64,000 nucleotides of DNA from Gemmatimonadota bacterium (GCA_031394255.1 JANMXA010000042.1:157991-221990); one strand, 5' to 3'; shown: positions 52,258 to 61,733, counted from the first letter of the stretch. Notes: generated by a model not told the origin, from the sequence alone. Translations and numbers: made by a program.

Positions 52258-53025
52258 TCAGGGCGTTCGGAGCCAATCCGCCGCTTGATGATCGAGGAAC
52301 CAGCGCCGGAGCATCTCGTCGAACCGGTCCGGGTATTCCCAATTCCAGACGTGGCTCGCCTTGGGGACGAGGCGGCCGGTGGCCTGGGGCCAGTCGGCCT
52401 CGAGCTTCGCCACGGTTCGTTTGATGCCGCCGTACTCCCGGGTTCCAGCCACCACCAACGCGGGAACCGGACTGGCGAGCAGCGCTGGCGTGATTCGAAA
52501 TCCGGCCACCCCTCGCACCGCCTGCCGGATGAACCCTTTAGGCATTCGCTCGATATCAGCGCCGAGCGCGGCCTGATCCTCGGCGGCCAGTCCCAACATG
52601 CGACTGCTCATCCGCAGCACCCACGGCATCCGGGCCAGCGGCATCGTGGCCTCCATGAGCCAAGCCAGGGAGTCAGCGGCGGGCAGCCCGACCCCGAGTG
52701 CGCCGCTGGTCACCAGCCGATCGACCACGTCAGGAGACTGAGCGGCGAGTTCGAGTCCGACCACGCCTCCGAGACTCAGGCCGACAACATGGGCTTTGCC
52801 CTGGGTTGCATTGCTCCGGATCCAGCCGGCCACCAGCGTGGCGGTGGCCGAGACTGATTCCCAGGCCCGGTCGATCGACACCCCATGGCCGGGCAGGTCG
52901 AGGGCTACGGTATCCAGCTCAGGCAGGGCCTCCACCTGGCGCCGCCACATCCAGCTCGAGATGCCCGCCCCGTGCAGGAACACTACCGACGGCCGGCCGG
53001 GCTTCCGGCGTTCGAGTCCGATCAT
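52258..53025 (-). CDS. Alpha/beta hydrolase
   Basis: ORF 52258..53619 trimmed to MIGLERRKPGRPSVVFLHGAG. Nucleophile elbow GLSLGG. The upstream in-frame part looks non-coding (Arg/Gln-rich). Confidence 0.8.
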   Translation of the reverse strand: MIGLERRKPGRPSVVFLHGAGISSWMWRRQVEALPELDTVALDLPGHGVSIDRAWESVSATATLVAGWIRSNATQGKAHVVGLSLGGVVGLELAAQSPDVVDRLVTSGALGVGLPAADSLAWLMEATMPLARMPWVLRMSSRMLGLAAEDQAALGADIERMPKGFIRQAVRGVAGFRITPALLASPVPALVVAGTREYGGIKRTVAKLEADWPQATGRLVPKASHVWNWEYPDRFDEMLRRWFLDHQAADWLRTP

Positions 53026-53253
53026 ACTGGAAGCTAGCACGCTCCCCGTCTCGCGGGGCGGCGCAACGGGTGATAAGTTCTCCCCATGCCACGTCGTCGC
53101 TCCAATCCCCTTGCCCAGGCCATTACGCCGCTGCTGGCGCTCTATCTGTTGCTGCAGCTGATGCTGCTGCAGTACCGCCATCCCGGCCACTGACGCCGGG
53201 TCGGGCCCTCGTCCGGGTCCGGTGGCCTCCGTTCTCCCAACATCGGATCGCGC

Positions 53254-54111
53254 GTGATCGGGATCATTGGCGGTAGCGGGCTCTATCAGATCAAGGGGTT
53301 GAGCGCCGCCACCTGGCGCCGGGTCGATACACCCTGGGGTAGCCCCTCCGACGAGCTTTTGACCGGTACGCTGAGCGGGCAATCGGTGGCATTTCTCCCC
53401 CGCCACGGGCGTGGCCATCGGATCCCGCCAACCGATCTGAATTTCCGGGCCAACATCGCCGCCTTGAAGCAACTGGGCGCCACGGATGTGATCGCGCTGT
53501 CGGCGGTGGGGTCGCTCACGGAACGCCTGGCGCCCGGTACGTTCGTCATCGTCGATCAATTCGTCGATCGGACCCATGCGCGGGTCAAGACGTTTTTCGG
53601 GCCGGGCCTGGTGGCGCATGTTTCCATGGCGGCTCCCGTCTGCGCGCGCCTGGGCGATCTGGCGGAATCGGCCGCGCGGTCGATCGGCGTTCCGGTCGTC
53701 CGGGGCGGCACGTACCTGACCATGGAAGGGCCGCAGTTCTCAACCCGAGCCGAGTCCCTGCTGTACCGGCAATGGGGCATGTCGGTGATCGGGATGACCA
53801 ACATGCCCGAAGCCAAGCTCGCCCGCGAGGCCGAACTCTGCTACGCCTCGGTGGCGATGGTCACGGACTACGATTGCTGGCACCCCGATCACGGCAGCGT
53901 CACGGCCGCCGATGTCGTGGCCGTGCTGGGGCGGAATGCGGGTCACGCCAGGGGTCTGGTTCAGGCCATCGTGCCGACGCTGGCGGATCGGCCGGGGCGG
54001 TGCCCGTCGGGCTGCGACCGGGCGCTCGACCACGCGATCATGACGGCGCCCGAGGCTCGCGATCCCGCCATGGTGGAGTCGCTGCGGACCATTGCCGGTC
54101 GGGTCCTGTGA
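53254..54111 (+). CDS. mtnP: S-methyl-5'-thioadenosine phosphorylase
   Basis: GTG start. IGIIGGSGLY, FLPRHGRGH, MEGPQFSTRAES, GMTNMPEAKLARE. Confidence 0.9.
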   Translation: MIGIIGGSGLYQIKGLSAATWRRVDTPWGSPSDELLTGTLSGQSVAFLPRHGRGHRIPPTDLNFRANIAALKQLGATDVIALSAVGSLTERLAPGTFVIVDQFVDRTHARVKTFFGPGLVAHVSMAAPVCARLGDLAESAARSIGVPVVRGGTYLTMEGPQFSTRAESLLYRQWGMSVIGMTNMPEAKLAREAELCYASVAMVTDYDCWHPDHGSVTAADVVAVLGRNAGHARGLVQAIVPTLADRPGRCPSGCDRALDHAIMTAPEARDPAMVESLRTIAGRVL

Positions 54112-54635
54112 TCGATCTCAAGGCGCTGATCCGAACCATTCCCGACCATCCCAAACCGGGAATTCTGTTTCGGGACATCACGACATTGCTCGCCGATGGT
54201 CCCGGGTTCGGCGAGGTCATTGCCCGTCTCGCAGCCCGGTACCAACAGGCCAGCATCGCGAAAGTCGCCGGCATCGAAGCGCGCGGTTTCATACTTGGCG
54301 GCGCCCTGGCAGCCCGCCTCGGGGCCGGCTTCGTTCCGATCCGGAAAGCCGGCAAGCTGCCGGGGGCCACCATCGGCCACGACTACGAACTCGAGTACGG
54401 GGTCGACCGGGTCGAGATCCACCAGGATGCCGTCTCCCCGGGGGAGCGGGTGGTTCTGGTTGACGATCTGATCGCGACCGGGGGTACCGCTGAAGCAGGT
54501 CTGGCGCTGCTCCGGCGCCTGGGAGCGGATGTGGTCGAGGCGGCCTTCGTTATCGATCTGCCGGAACTCGGAGGGCGCCGCCGTCTGGGGGCGACGTGTC
54601 CGACTTATTGTCTGATTGAGTTCGAGGGCCACTAG
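54108..54635 (+). CDS. apt: Adenine phosphoribosyltransferase
   Basis: GTGA overlap. PDHPKPGILFRDIT, PRPP motif VVLVDDLIATGGTA. Confidence 0.92.
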   Translation: MIDLKALIRTIPDHPKPGILFRDITTLLADGPGFGEVIARLAARYQQASIAKVAGIEARGFILGGALAARLGAGFVPIRKAGKLPGATIGHDYELEYGVDRVEIHQDAVSPGERVVLVDDLIATGGTAEAGLALLRRLGADVVEAAFVIDLPELGGRRRLGATCPTYCLIEFEGH

Positions 54636-54636
54636 G

Positions 54637-55680
54637 GTGAAGGTTGCCGGCCGGTGGTATCGGACGATTGCCCCTGGAGCGGACGGGAGAACCGTCGAGA
54701 TCATCGATCAGAGGGCGTTACCCGGCCGGTTTGTCGTGGCGCCCCTGACGAACGTGGCGGAGGCCGCTGCGGCGATCCGTTCGATGATGGTCCGGGGCGC
54801 GCCGTTGATCGGGATCGCCGCCGCGTACGGGCTGGCCCTCGCGATGCGGGCCGATCCGAGTGATGACCATCTGGGCGCTGCATCCAGCAGCCTGCTCGCA
54901 ACCCGGCCGACGGCGATCAACCTTCGGTGGGCGGTTGAGCGGATGACGGCGCTCCTGGGCCCGGTTTCTCCAGAAGACCGGGAGAGGGTCGCCTACGGCG
55001 CGGCGGGTGACCTGGCGGAGATGGATGTCCAGATCTGCCAGGCGATCGGGGCCCACGGCGCCGGGCTGTTGCGGCAGCGATGGGATGAGGTCGGGCGCGA
55101 GCGTGCGGTCAACGTGCTGACCCATTGCAACGCCGGCTGGCTGGCTGCCGTGGATTGGGGCACGGCGCTCGCCCCGATCTATCAGGCTCACGACAGCGGC
55201 CTCCCGATCCATGTCTGGGTCGATGAAACCCGGCCCCGGAACCAGGGTCTGCTGACCGCGTGGGAACTGACGGCACACGGGGTTCCTTGCACCGTCGTGG
55301 CCGACAACGCGGGAGGGCGTCTGATGCAGCGCGGCCAGGTCGACATCTGTCTGGTCGGCACCGATCGGACGACGCGCAATGGGGATGTCGCCAATAAGAT
55401 CGGCACCTATCTCAAGGCCCTGGCTGCGACCGACAATCAAGTCCCGTTCTACGTGGCCGTCCCGTCCCCGAGCATTGACTGGACTCTCGCAGACGGCGGC
55501 GCCGTCCCGATCGAGGAACGCGCCGGCACTGAACTGGGATTTGGTCCCGAGGTCCGGGTCGCCAATCCGGCATTCGATATCACGCCGGCGCGGCTGGTGA
55601 CCGGGTTCCTGACGGAGCGCGGCATCACCGAGGCCAGCGAGGCGGGGCTGGCCCGGCTCTTTTCGGAGCGGTACCCATGA
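54637..55680 (+). CDS. mtnA: S-methyl-5-thioribose-1-phosphate isomerase
   Basis: GTG at 54637 (or TTG at 54616). MVRGAPLIG, LTHCNAG, GTDRTTRNGDVANKIGTY. Confidence 0.9.
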   Translation: MKVAGRWYRTIAPGADGRTVEIIDQRALPGRFVVAPLTNVAEAAAAIRSMMVRGAPLIGIAAAYGLALAMRADPSDDHLGAASSSLLATRPTAINLRWAVERMTALLGPVSPEDRERVAYGAAGDLAEMDVQICQAIGAHGAGLLRQRWDEVGRERAVNVLTHCNAGWLAAVDWGTALAPIYQAHDSGLPIHVWVDETRPRNQGLLTAWELTAHGVPCTVVADNAGGRLMQRGQVDICLVGTDRTTRNGDVANKIGTYLKALAATDNQVPFYVAVPSPSIDWTLADGGAVPIEERAGTELGFGPEVRVANPAFDITPARLVTGFLTERGITEASEAGLARLFSERYP

Positions 55681-56318
55681 ACGACCTTCGCCAGGCCGTG
55701 ATCGATGCCGCACGGAGAAGTGTCCTGCTCGGTTTGACCCACGGAACATCAGGCAACGTGAGCGCGCGGGTCGATGGCGGCTTTGCCATCACACCGACGG
55801 GCCTGGCGTACGATCAGCTGGAGGCTGCCGACGTTGTCATCGTCGATGACGAAGGCCAGCCCCGCGACAGTCGCCGGACCCCGTCGAGCGAATGGCGAAT
55901 GCACGCGGCGGTGTATCGGAACCGGCCGGACGTCGGCGCCGTCGTCCACGGCCATTCGCCCAAAGCTACGGCGCTCGCCTGCCTTGGCCGGGACCTGCCC
56001 GCATTTCATTACATGATTGCGGTCGCCGGCGGAGCCTCGGTTCGCTGTGCGCCGTACGCCACGTTCGGGACTGAGGAACTGGGGTCACTGGCCGCAGCCG
56101 CAATGACCGATCGCTGGGCCTGTCTTCTGGCCCATCACGGCCTGCTCGCCGCCGGCCGGTCGCTCGATCATGCGCTCGCGGTGGCCGAGGAGGTCGAATT
56201 TCTTTCCGGCGTCTACCTCGCTCTCCTGCCGTTCGGCGAGCCGGTCGTCCTCAGTCCGGTCGCGATGGAGGAGCTTCTTTCACGGTTCGAACGCTATCGG
56301 CGGCACGAACCGCTATGA
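55677..56318 (+). CDS. Class II aldolase/adducin-family protein (MtnB dehydratase or Ald2-type MTRu-1-P aldolase)
   Basis: ATGA overlap. GTSGNVSAR, VVHGHSP, ..HG.L. MtnB cannot be told from Ald2 by eye. Confidence 0.8.
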   Translation: MNDLRQAVIDAARRSVLLGLTHGTSGNVSARVDGGFAITPTGLAYDQLEAADVVIVDDEGQPRDSRRTPSSEWRMHAAVYRNRPDVGAVVHGHSPKATALACLGRDLPAFHYMIAVAGGASVRCAPYATFGTEELGSLAAAAMTDRWACLLAHHGLLAAGRSLDHALAVAEEVEFLSGVYLALLPFGEPVVLSPVAMEELLSRFERYRRHEPL

Positions 56319-56384
56319 TGGTCTCTTGCCACTCTGGGCCCGGCCGGGTCACATTGTGACCTCACTCCCATTCGAGTTCCTGAT

Positions 56385-57917
56385 ATGACGATTCGGCAAG
56401 CAGCCATTCTACTCGCGGCCTCGGCTCTTGCCGGGTGTGCCCGGCCTGCCACCGGGCCAACCGGGACCACGATCACCAACGTTCAGATTGCGGACGGAAG
56501 CGGCGGCCCGCTCACCCGGGGCGCCATCCGGATTCTGGGCGACAGCATTGCCGCGGTCGGTGACATCAAGCCTGGTGTGGGTGATTCGGTCGTCGACGGC
56601 CAGGGATTGGTCCTGGCCCCGGGCTTCATCGATACTCACAGCCATCACGACTGGGGCCTGACAAGGTCACCGGATGCCCTGGCCGCGGTAAGCCAGGGGA
56701 TCACTACCATCATTGCGGGGCAGGATGGCGGCCACCCGATGCCGCTCGCGGCCGCGATGGAATCACTTACCGTGGCGAAGCCATCGATCAACGTGGCGTT
56801 CTACGCCGGCCATGGCACGATCCGCTCCGCTGTCATGGGCGAGGACTTCAAGCGCCATGCGACGGCCAGGGAAGTCGATTCGATGGCAGTCCTCCTCAAG
56901 CGCGAGATGGATGCCGGCGCCCTGGGGCTTTCGAGCGGTCTCGAATACGATCCCGGGATCAATTCCGACCGGTCCGAGGTGCTGGCCCTGGCCAAGGTGG
57001 CCGCAGCGTCCGGCGGCCGGTACATCAGTCACATCCGGAGCGAAGACCGCTGGTTCTGGGACGCGATCGACGAAATCATCACGATCGGCCGCGAAGCGAA
57101 ACTGCCGGTCCAGGTCAGCCATATGAAACTGGCGATGATCACGCTGTGGAATCAGGCAGACAGCCTCACGCATGTGCTGGACCGGGCGCGAGCCAGCGGC
57201 GTGGATATCACCGCCGACGTATACCCGTACACCTACTGGCAGTCCACGCTCACGGTGCTCTTCCCCAAACGGGACTTTGCCAATCGAGCCGAAGCCGAAA
57301 AGATTCTGAAGGAGATTGCCACACCCGAGGGACTCCTGATTGGCAACTTCAAAGCCAACCCGGCATATGCCGGCAAGACGGTGGCCGCGATTGCGCTGCT
57401 GAGGCACGAAGATCCGGCCTCGACGCTCATGGGACTGATCAAGGAAGCGCTCGCCTACGGGAAAGCGCATCCGGGCGAGGAGGGCGTCGAAAGCGTGGTG
57501 GCGACCAGTATGAGTGATCCGGACGTGGCCAGGCTGCTCGCCTGGGAGCACACCAACGTCTCCTCGGATGGCGAACTGGACGGCCACCATCCGCGGGGGT
57601 TCGGTGCCTTCCCAAGGGTGCTCGGGCGCCTTTCGCGGGAGCAGAAGGTCTTTCCGCTCGAATTGGCCATCAAGAAGATGACCAGCCTCGCGGCGGGCCA
57701 CATGGGACTCCGTCGCCGCGGGATGGTGGCGCCCGGGTATTTCGCCGACCTGGTCCTGCTCGACCCGGCCACCGTCATCGATCACGCCACGCCGGCAGAG
57801 CCTCACCTGGTGTCATCGGGGATCAGCCACGTCTGGGTGAACGGCCAGACCGTGTGGGCCGGCGGAAAGGCGACGGCGGCCCGTCCGGGCCGGGTCCTCA
57901 AGCGGCAGACGCCGTGA
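56385..57917 (+). CDS. N-acyl-D-amino-acid deacylase (D-aminoacylase) family amidohydrolase, lipoprotein
   Basis: Signal/lipobox MTIRQAAILLAASALAGC. PGFIDTHSHHD (canonical HxH), ITTIIAGQDG, C-terminal ADLVLLDP. Confidence 0.9.
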   Translation: MTIRQAAILLAASALAGCARPATGPTGTTITNVQIADGSGGPLTRGAIRILGDSIAAVGDIKPGVGDSVVDGQGLVLAPGFIDTHSHHDWGLTRSPDALAAVSQGITTIIAGQDGGHPMPLAAAMESLTVAKPSINVAFYAGHGTIRSAVMGEDFKRHATAREVDSMAVLLKREMDAGALGLSSGLEYDPGINSDRSEVLALAKVAAASGGRYISHIRSEDRWFWDAIDEIITIGREAKLPVQVSHMKLAMITLWNQADSLTHVLDRARASGVDITADVYPYTYWQSTLTVLFPKRDFANRAEAEKILKEIATPEGLLIGNFKANPAYAGKTVAAIALLRHEDPASTLMGLIKEALAYGKAHPGEEGVESVVATSMSDPDVARLLAWEHTNVSSDGELDGHHPRGFGAFPRVLGRLSREQKVFPLELAIKKMTSLAAGHMGLRRRGMVAPGYFADLVLLDPATVIDHATPAEPHLVSSGISHVWVNGQTVWAGGKATAARPGRVLKRQTP

Positions 57918-58873
57918 TCTTCGCCGATCGCGTTCTGGCGGCCGAACGAAGGATTCGGCCCCATGTGCGAGAGACCCCGCTGATCGAGTCGCCGGGCCTC
58001 TCGGCCCAATGCGGCGCCAGGATCTGGCTCAAGCTGGAGAACCTGCAGATTACGGGTTCCTTCAAACTGCGCGGAGCGCTCAGCAAGGTGCTGACGCTCT
58101 CCGACGCCGAGAAGGCTCGCGGCGTGGTGACGGCCTCGACCGGAAATCATGGCGCCGCCACGGCGTACGCCGGCCGGATTGCCGGAATCGTGCCGACCGT
58201 GTTCGTGCCCCGCGGGGCGGCACCCAGCAAGGTCGACCGGATCAAGTCCTTCGGCGCCCGGGTCGAGGTACATGGTGACGATTCGGGCGTGACCGAACGG
58301 CATGCCCGCGAGGTGGCGGAGCGAACCGGCCAGGTATTCGTCTCGCCCTACAACGACTGGGACGTCATGGCCGGCCAGGGGACGATCGGGGCCGAGCTGC
58401 TGCGCCAGTGTCCGGATCTCGATGCGGTGGTGGTGGCCGTTGGCGGCGGTGGTCTGATCGGCGGCATTGCCGGGCACCTCAAAGCGCATCGGCCCTCGAT
58501 CGACGTGATCGGGTGCCAGCCCGTCAATTCCGCCGTGATGGCTCAATCCGTCGAGGCCGGGACGATTCTCGACCTGCCGTCATTACCGACCCTCTCGGAT
58601 GGTACGGCCGGCGGAGTCGAGGACGACACCGTGACCTTCGAGTACTGCCGGACGGCAGTCGATCGCTACGACCTGGTCGACGAAGCAGCGATCGCGGAGG
58701 GTGTCCGCACCGCTTTCCACGAAGAGCGCCTCGTGGTCGAAGGTGCCGCCGGGCTGGCGATCGCCAGCGCCCTCAGGGTGGCGCCCGAGTACGCCGGGCG
58801 CCGGCTGGTCGTGGTACTTTGTGGCGGAAACATCGGAGCTGATGCCTGGTGCGGCGTCATGCAGCGCCGTTAG
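57914..58873 (+). CDS. PLP-dependent serine/threonine dehydratase family enzyme
   Basis: GTGA overlap with the D-aminoacylase stop. GSFKLRGA, STGNHGAA, GGGGLIGG. Confidence 0.85.
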   Translation: MIFADRVLAAERRIRPHVRETPLIESPGLSAQCGARIWLKLENLQITGSFKLRGALSKVLTLSDAEKARGVVTASTGNHGAATAYAGRIAGIVPTVFVPRGAAPSKVDRIKSFGARVEVHGDDSGVTERHAREVAERTGQVFVSPYNDWDVMAGQGTIGAELLRQCPDLDAVVVAVGGGGLIGGIAGHLKAHRPSIDVIGCQPVNSAVMAQSVEAGTILDLPSLPTLSDGTAGGVEDDTVTFEYCRTAVDRYDLVDEAAIAEGVRTAFHEERLVVEGAAGLAIASALRVAPEYAGRRLVVVLCGGNIGADAWCGVMQRR

Positions 58874-59223
58874 GACGGGGGGATTCTGAGCGAGATCTCT
58901 TCTCCCGGCGACACGGTGATTTCGTCGGACACCGGCGTCCGCGAACCGCCGATCGGGTCGGCCATGAACCGAAGCGACGTCAGCGGCCGGACGAGATACT
59001 TGGGCAGGGTGAATCTCGTCTGCGAATTGCCAATGGCCAGGCCGAGCCGGACTCGGCGGCCTCCTTCGAGGACGTAGATGGTCATGTCGTTGAATGCCTG
59101 GTTGTCGACCACCAGAATGGTGGGCGTGCTCGGATCGACTTCGGTCACGACCTCGTTGCGATGGCATCCGGCGCTGCCGGCCATTGTGACGGCCAGAACG
59201 ACTGCCGCAAACTGGAACCGCAT
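58870..59223 (-). CDS. Small hypothetical lipoprotein
   Basis: Trimmed to the ATG at 59223 (GGAGG upstream). MRFQFAAVVLAVTMAGSAGC lipobox. Confidence 0.6.
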   Translation of the reverse strand: MRFQFAAVVLAVTMAGSAGCHRNEVVTEVDPSTPTILVVDNQAFNDMTIYVLEGGRRVRLGLAIGNSQTRFTLPKYLVRPLTSLRFMADPIGGSRTPVSDEITVSPGEEISLRIPPS

Positions 59224-59318
59224 TGCTACCTCCACTCGATTCAACGCGCGTCCGACCCCTTCATGCTGCTGACACCGGCTTCCCGTCCATCCCCCTATCG
59301 GGGCTTCGCCAGGACCCA

Positions 59319-60323
59319 ATGACCAATCACGCTCCGACCATCTCCGAGATCGAGGCCGGCCTCGGCCGAATCGCCCCCCACATCCGTCAGACACCCGTCT
59401 GGGAGTGGCGGGACGATCTGCTGCCCGGGTTGCTGGGGCCCGCCGCCTCTGTCGTGCTCAAGCTAGAGCTGTTTCAGCACTCCGGTACCTTCAAGGCTCG
59501 GGGAGCGCTCATGAATATGCTCGCCTTGAGTCCCGAACAGAGCAAGCGTGGCGTCACGGCGGTCAGTGCCGGCAACCATGCCGCCGCTGTGGCCTATGCT
59601 GCGCACACGGTCGGTACGTCGGCCAAGGTCGTCATGCCGAATACCGCCAGTCCATCCCGCGTCGCGATCTGCCGGCGCTACGGCGCCGAGGTGGTTCTGG
59701 CGGACGACGTTACGGCGGCGTTTGCCCGTGTCAAGGAGATCGAATCGTCGGAGGGGCGGACGTTCGTCCATCCGTTTGAAGGCGAGACGACCGTGACCGG
59801 AACGGCCACGCTCGGTCTCGAACTGACCCGGCAGGTTGCCGACCTCGACGCCGTGGTGGTACCGATCGGCGGCGGCGGTCTGATCGCCGGGGTCGCCGCG
59901 GCGATCAAGCAGGTGAATCCCCGGTGCCTGGTATTCGGCGTCGAGCCGATTGGAAACGACGTCATCAAGCGGAGCGTAGCCTCGGGCGTTCCCGAACAGG
60001 CACGAAATGTTCAGACCATTGCCGACAGCCTGAGCCCGCCGTTCGCCCTGCCGTACAGCCTCGATCTGGTCCGCCGATTCGTGGATGATATCGTGCTCGT
60101 GTCCGACGATGATCTGACGGCGGCGCTTTACCTCCTGTTCGCCCGGGCCAAGCTGGCCGTAGAACCCGCGGGTGCGGCGACCACCGCCGCCATGCTGGGC
60201 CCGCTGCGATCGCGGCTCACCGGCCAGCGGATCGGCCTCATTGTGTGCGGCGCCAATATCGACCCCGCCCGCTTCGCCGACTACCTGATCCGCGGCGAGC
60301 GCTGCTGGCTCGAGCGGTCCTGA
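59319..60323 (+). CDS. PLP-dependent fold-type II lyase/dehydratase (third paralogue in the window)
   Basis: Trimmed to MTNHAPTISEIEAGLGRIAPHIRQTPV. GTFKARGA, SAGNHAAAVA, GGGGLIAG. Confidence 0.85.
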   Translation: MTNHAPTISEIEAGLGRIAPHIRQTPVWEWRDDLLPGLLGPAASVVLKLELFQHSGTFKARGALMNMLALSPEQSKRGVTAVSAGNHAAAVAYAAHTVGTSAKVVMPNTASPSRVAICRRYGAEVVLADDVTAAFARVKEIESSEGRTFVHPFEGETTVTGTATLGLELTRQVADLDAVVVPIGGGGLIAGVAAAIKQVNPRCLVFGVEPIGNDVIKRSVASGVPEQARNVQTIADSLSPPFALPYSLDLVRRFVDDIVLVSDDDLTAALYLLFARAKLAVEPAGAATTAAMLGPLRSRLTGQRIGLIVCGANIDPARFADYLIRGERCWLERS

Positions 60324-60330
60324 ACCACCC

Positions 60331-61077
60331 GTGAACCTGCCGCGCCCACTCGTTGTGGTCGCGATCGCCTTCAGCGCCACGTTGCTGGGATCGCTCTCCG
60401 GCGGCAGCTCATCACTGCTGACGACACCGGCCTGGATCGCGCTCGGCTTTCCATTGCCGGTCGCGGTCGCGGCCGACAAGGTGGCCGGGACGTTCTGGAC
60501 CATCGTCGGAGCCGGCAACTATCTCCGGGGCCGGGCGGTAGACCGAACCCTGCTGCTCGGGATGATCGGGCTCGGGGTCGTCGGCGCGATCGCCGGGGCG
60601 ATCTTCGCCACCACGATTGACCCGGCTCGCCTCAAGCGCGTCGTCGGCGGGCTGATCGTGCTCGTCGTCGTTGCCATTGCGGTTCGCCCCAGACTGGGGG
60701 CTACCACTGGTCGCCCGCGCTTCAGTCGATCGGTGGTCATCGGCGCCGCCCTGCCGCTCGGCTTCTATGAGGGGATTCTCGGGTCCGGGAACACCATCGC
60801 CACCACGACGTTGTTGACCGTGGGCCGAGGCTTCGACTTGTTGGGAGCGCTGGGCCACTACTACGCCATGGCGTCCGCGTGGTGTGCGGTCGCCGCGTTG
60901 TCGTACTGGCGGGCCGGGTACCTCAACCTCGAATTAGCGATCCCGGCCGCCGCCGGTGCCGTGGCCGGCGGGTACTTGGGCTCGCGCCTGGCAGCCCGGT
61001 TCGGGAGTGCGGCCGTTCGCAGTATCTTCATCGTCGCCGGCCTGGTGCTGGGCGGCAAACTTCTGCTTGGGTGGTGA
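60331..61077 (+). CDS. TauE/SafE family anion exporter (second copy)
   Basis: GTG start 8 nt after the upstream stop. Multi-TM with TauE-like repeats. Confidence 0.8.
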   Translation: MNLPRPLVVVAIAFSATLLGSLSGGSSSLLTTPAWIALGFPLPVAVAADKVAGTFWTIVGAGNYLRGRAVDRTLLLGMIGLGVVGAIAGAIFATTIDPARLKRVVGGLIVLVVVAIAVRPRLGATTGRPRFSRSVVIGAALPLGFYEGILGSGNTIATTTLLTVGRGFDLLGALGHYYAMASAWCAVAALSYWRAGYLNLELAIPAAAGAVAGGYLGSRLAARFGSAAVRSIFIVAGLVLGGKLLLGW

Positions 61078-61078
61078 T

Positions 61079-61252
61079 GTGATCGCGATGGTGCTGTATC
61101 TCGTGATTCTCGGCGGGCTCGGTGTGCTTCTAGTGGCATCTCTGGCCACGGTACGAGAGGCCATCAGGCAGCGGGCCCGTCTGCGCGGAGTGCTGATCGC
61201 GGCCGGGTTTGCGCTGTTTTCCCTGCTTGGGATCTGGGCCATTCTTGTCTGA
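61079..61252 (+). CDS. Possible 57-aa two-TM small membrane protein
   Basis: GTG at 61079, in frame with ORF 60956..61252. VIAMVLYLVILGGLGVLLVASL...VLIAAGFALFSLLGIWAILV. No homology recognised. Confidence 0.35.
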   Translation: MIAMVLYLVILGGLGVLLVASLATVREAIRQRARLRGVLIAAGFALFSLLGIWAILV

Positions 61253-61271
61253 CGAGAGGCCGACCGACGCA

Positions 61272-61733
61272 ATGACCAACACCCCCATTCGAGTCCGGCC
61301 GGCCGGGCCGGCCGACCTCGCTGCATTGGTCCCGCTCTTCGACGCCTACCGGGGCTTCTATCACCAGGCGCCGGATCTGCCGAAGGTCAGCCGCTTTCTC
61401 GAAGACCGCCTCCGGAACCGCGATTCGTTCGTGTTCCTGGCCTGTGTCGAGGGCGAGGTTCTCCCGGCCGGGTTTACCCAGCTCTACCCGGTATTCTCAT
61501 CGGTTACGATCGGCCGGGCATTGATCCTCAATGATCTCTTCGTCGCGCCGAATCACCGTGGCCGTGGTGTCGCCCAGGCGCTCTTGGCGCGGGCGGCGGC
61601 GTTCGGCCGGGAAACCGGGGCCAGGTATCTCGAACTGGCGACGCAGATCACGAACACGTCGGCGCAGCGCCTGTACGAGCGCGCCGGCTGGGTCCGGCAG
61701 ACCGAGTTCTTTCACTACGAGCTCGATCTCTGA
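61272..61733 (+). CDS. GNAT-family N-acetyltransferase
   Basis: Trimmed to MTNTPIRVRPAGPADL. Acetyl-CoA motif RGRGVAQALL. Confidence 0.85.
   Translation: MTNTPIRVRPAGPADLAALVPLFDAYRGFYHQAPDLPKVSRFLEDRLRNRDSFVFLACVEGEVLPAGFTQLYPVFSSVTIGRALILNDLFVAPNHRGRGVAQALLARAAAFGRETGARYLELATQITNTSAQRLYERAGWVRQTEFFHYELDL

Noticed and set aside
53026-53253. SAM/SAH riboswitches upstream of mtnP, and upstream of ahcY (5285-5298) or the SahR-like gene (6241-6345).
   Set aside because: The ahcY gap is 14 nt. The other regions are AT-rich promoters or lack the conserved cores I know. Protein-based (SahR-like) control fits better.
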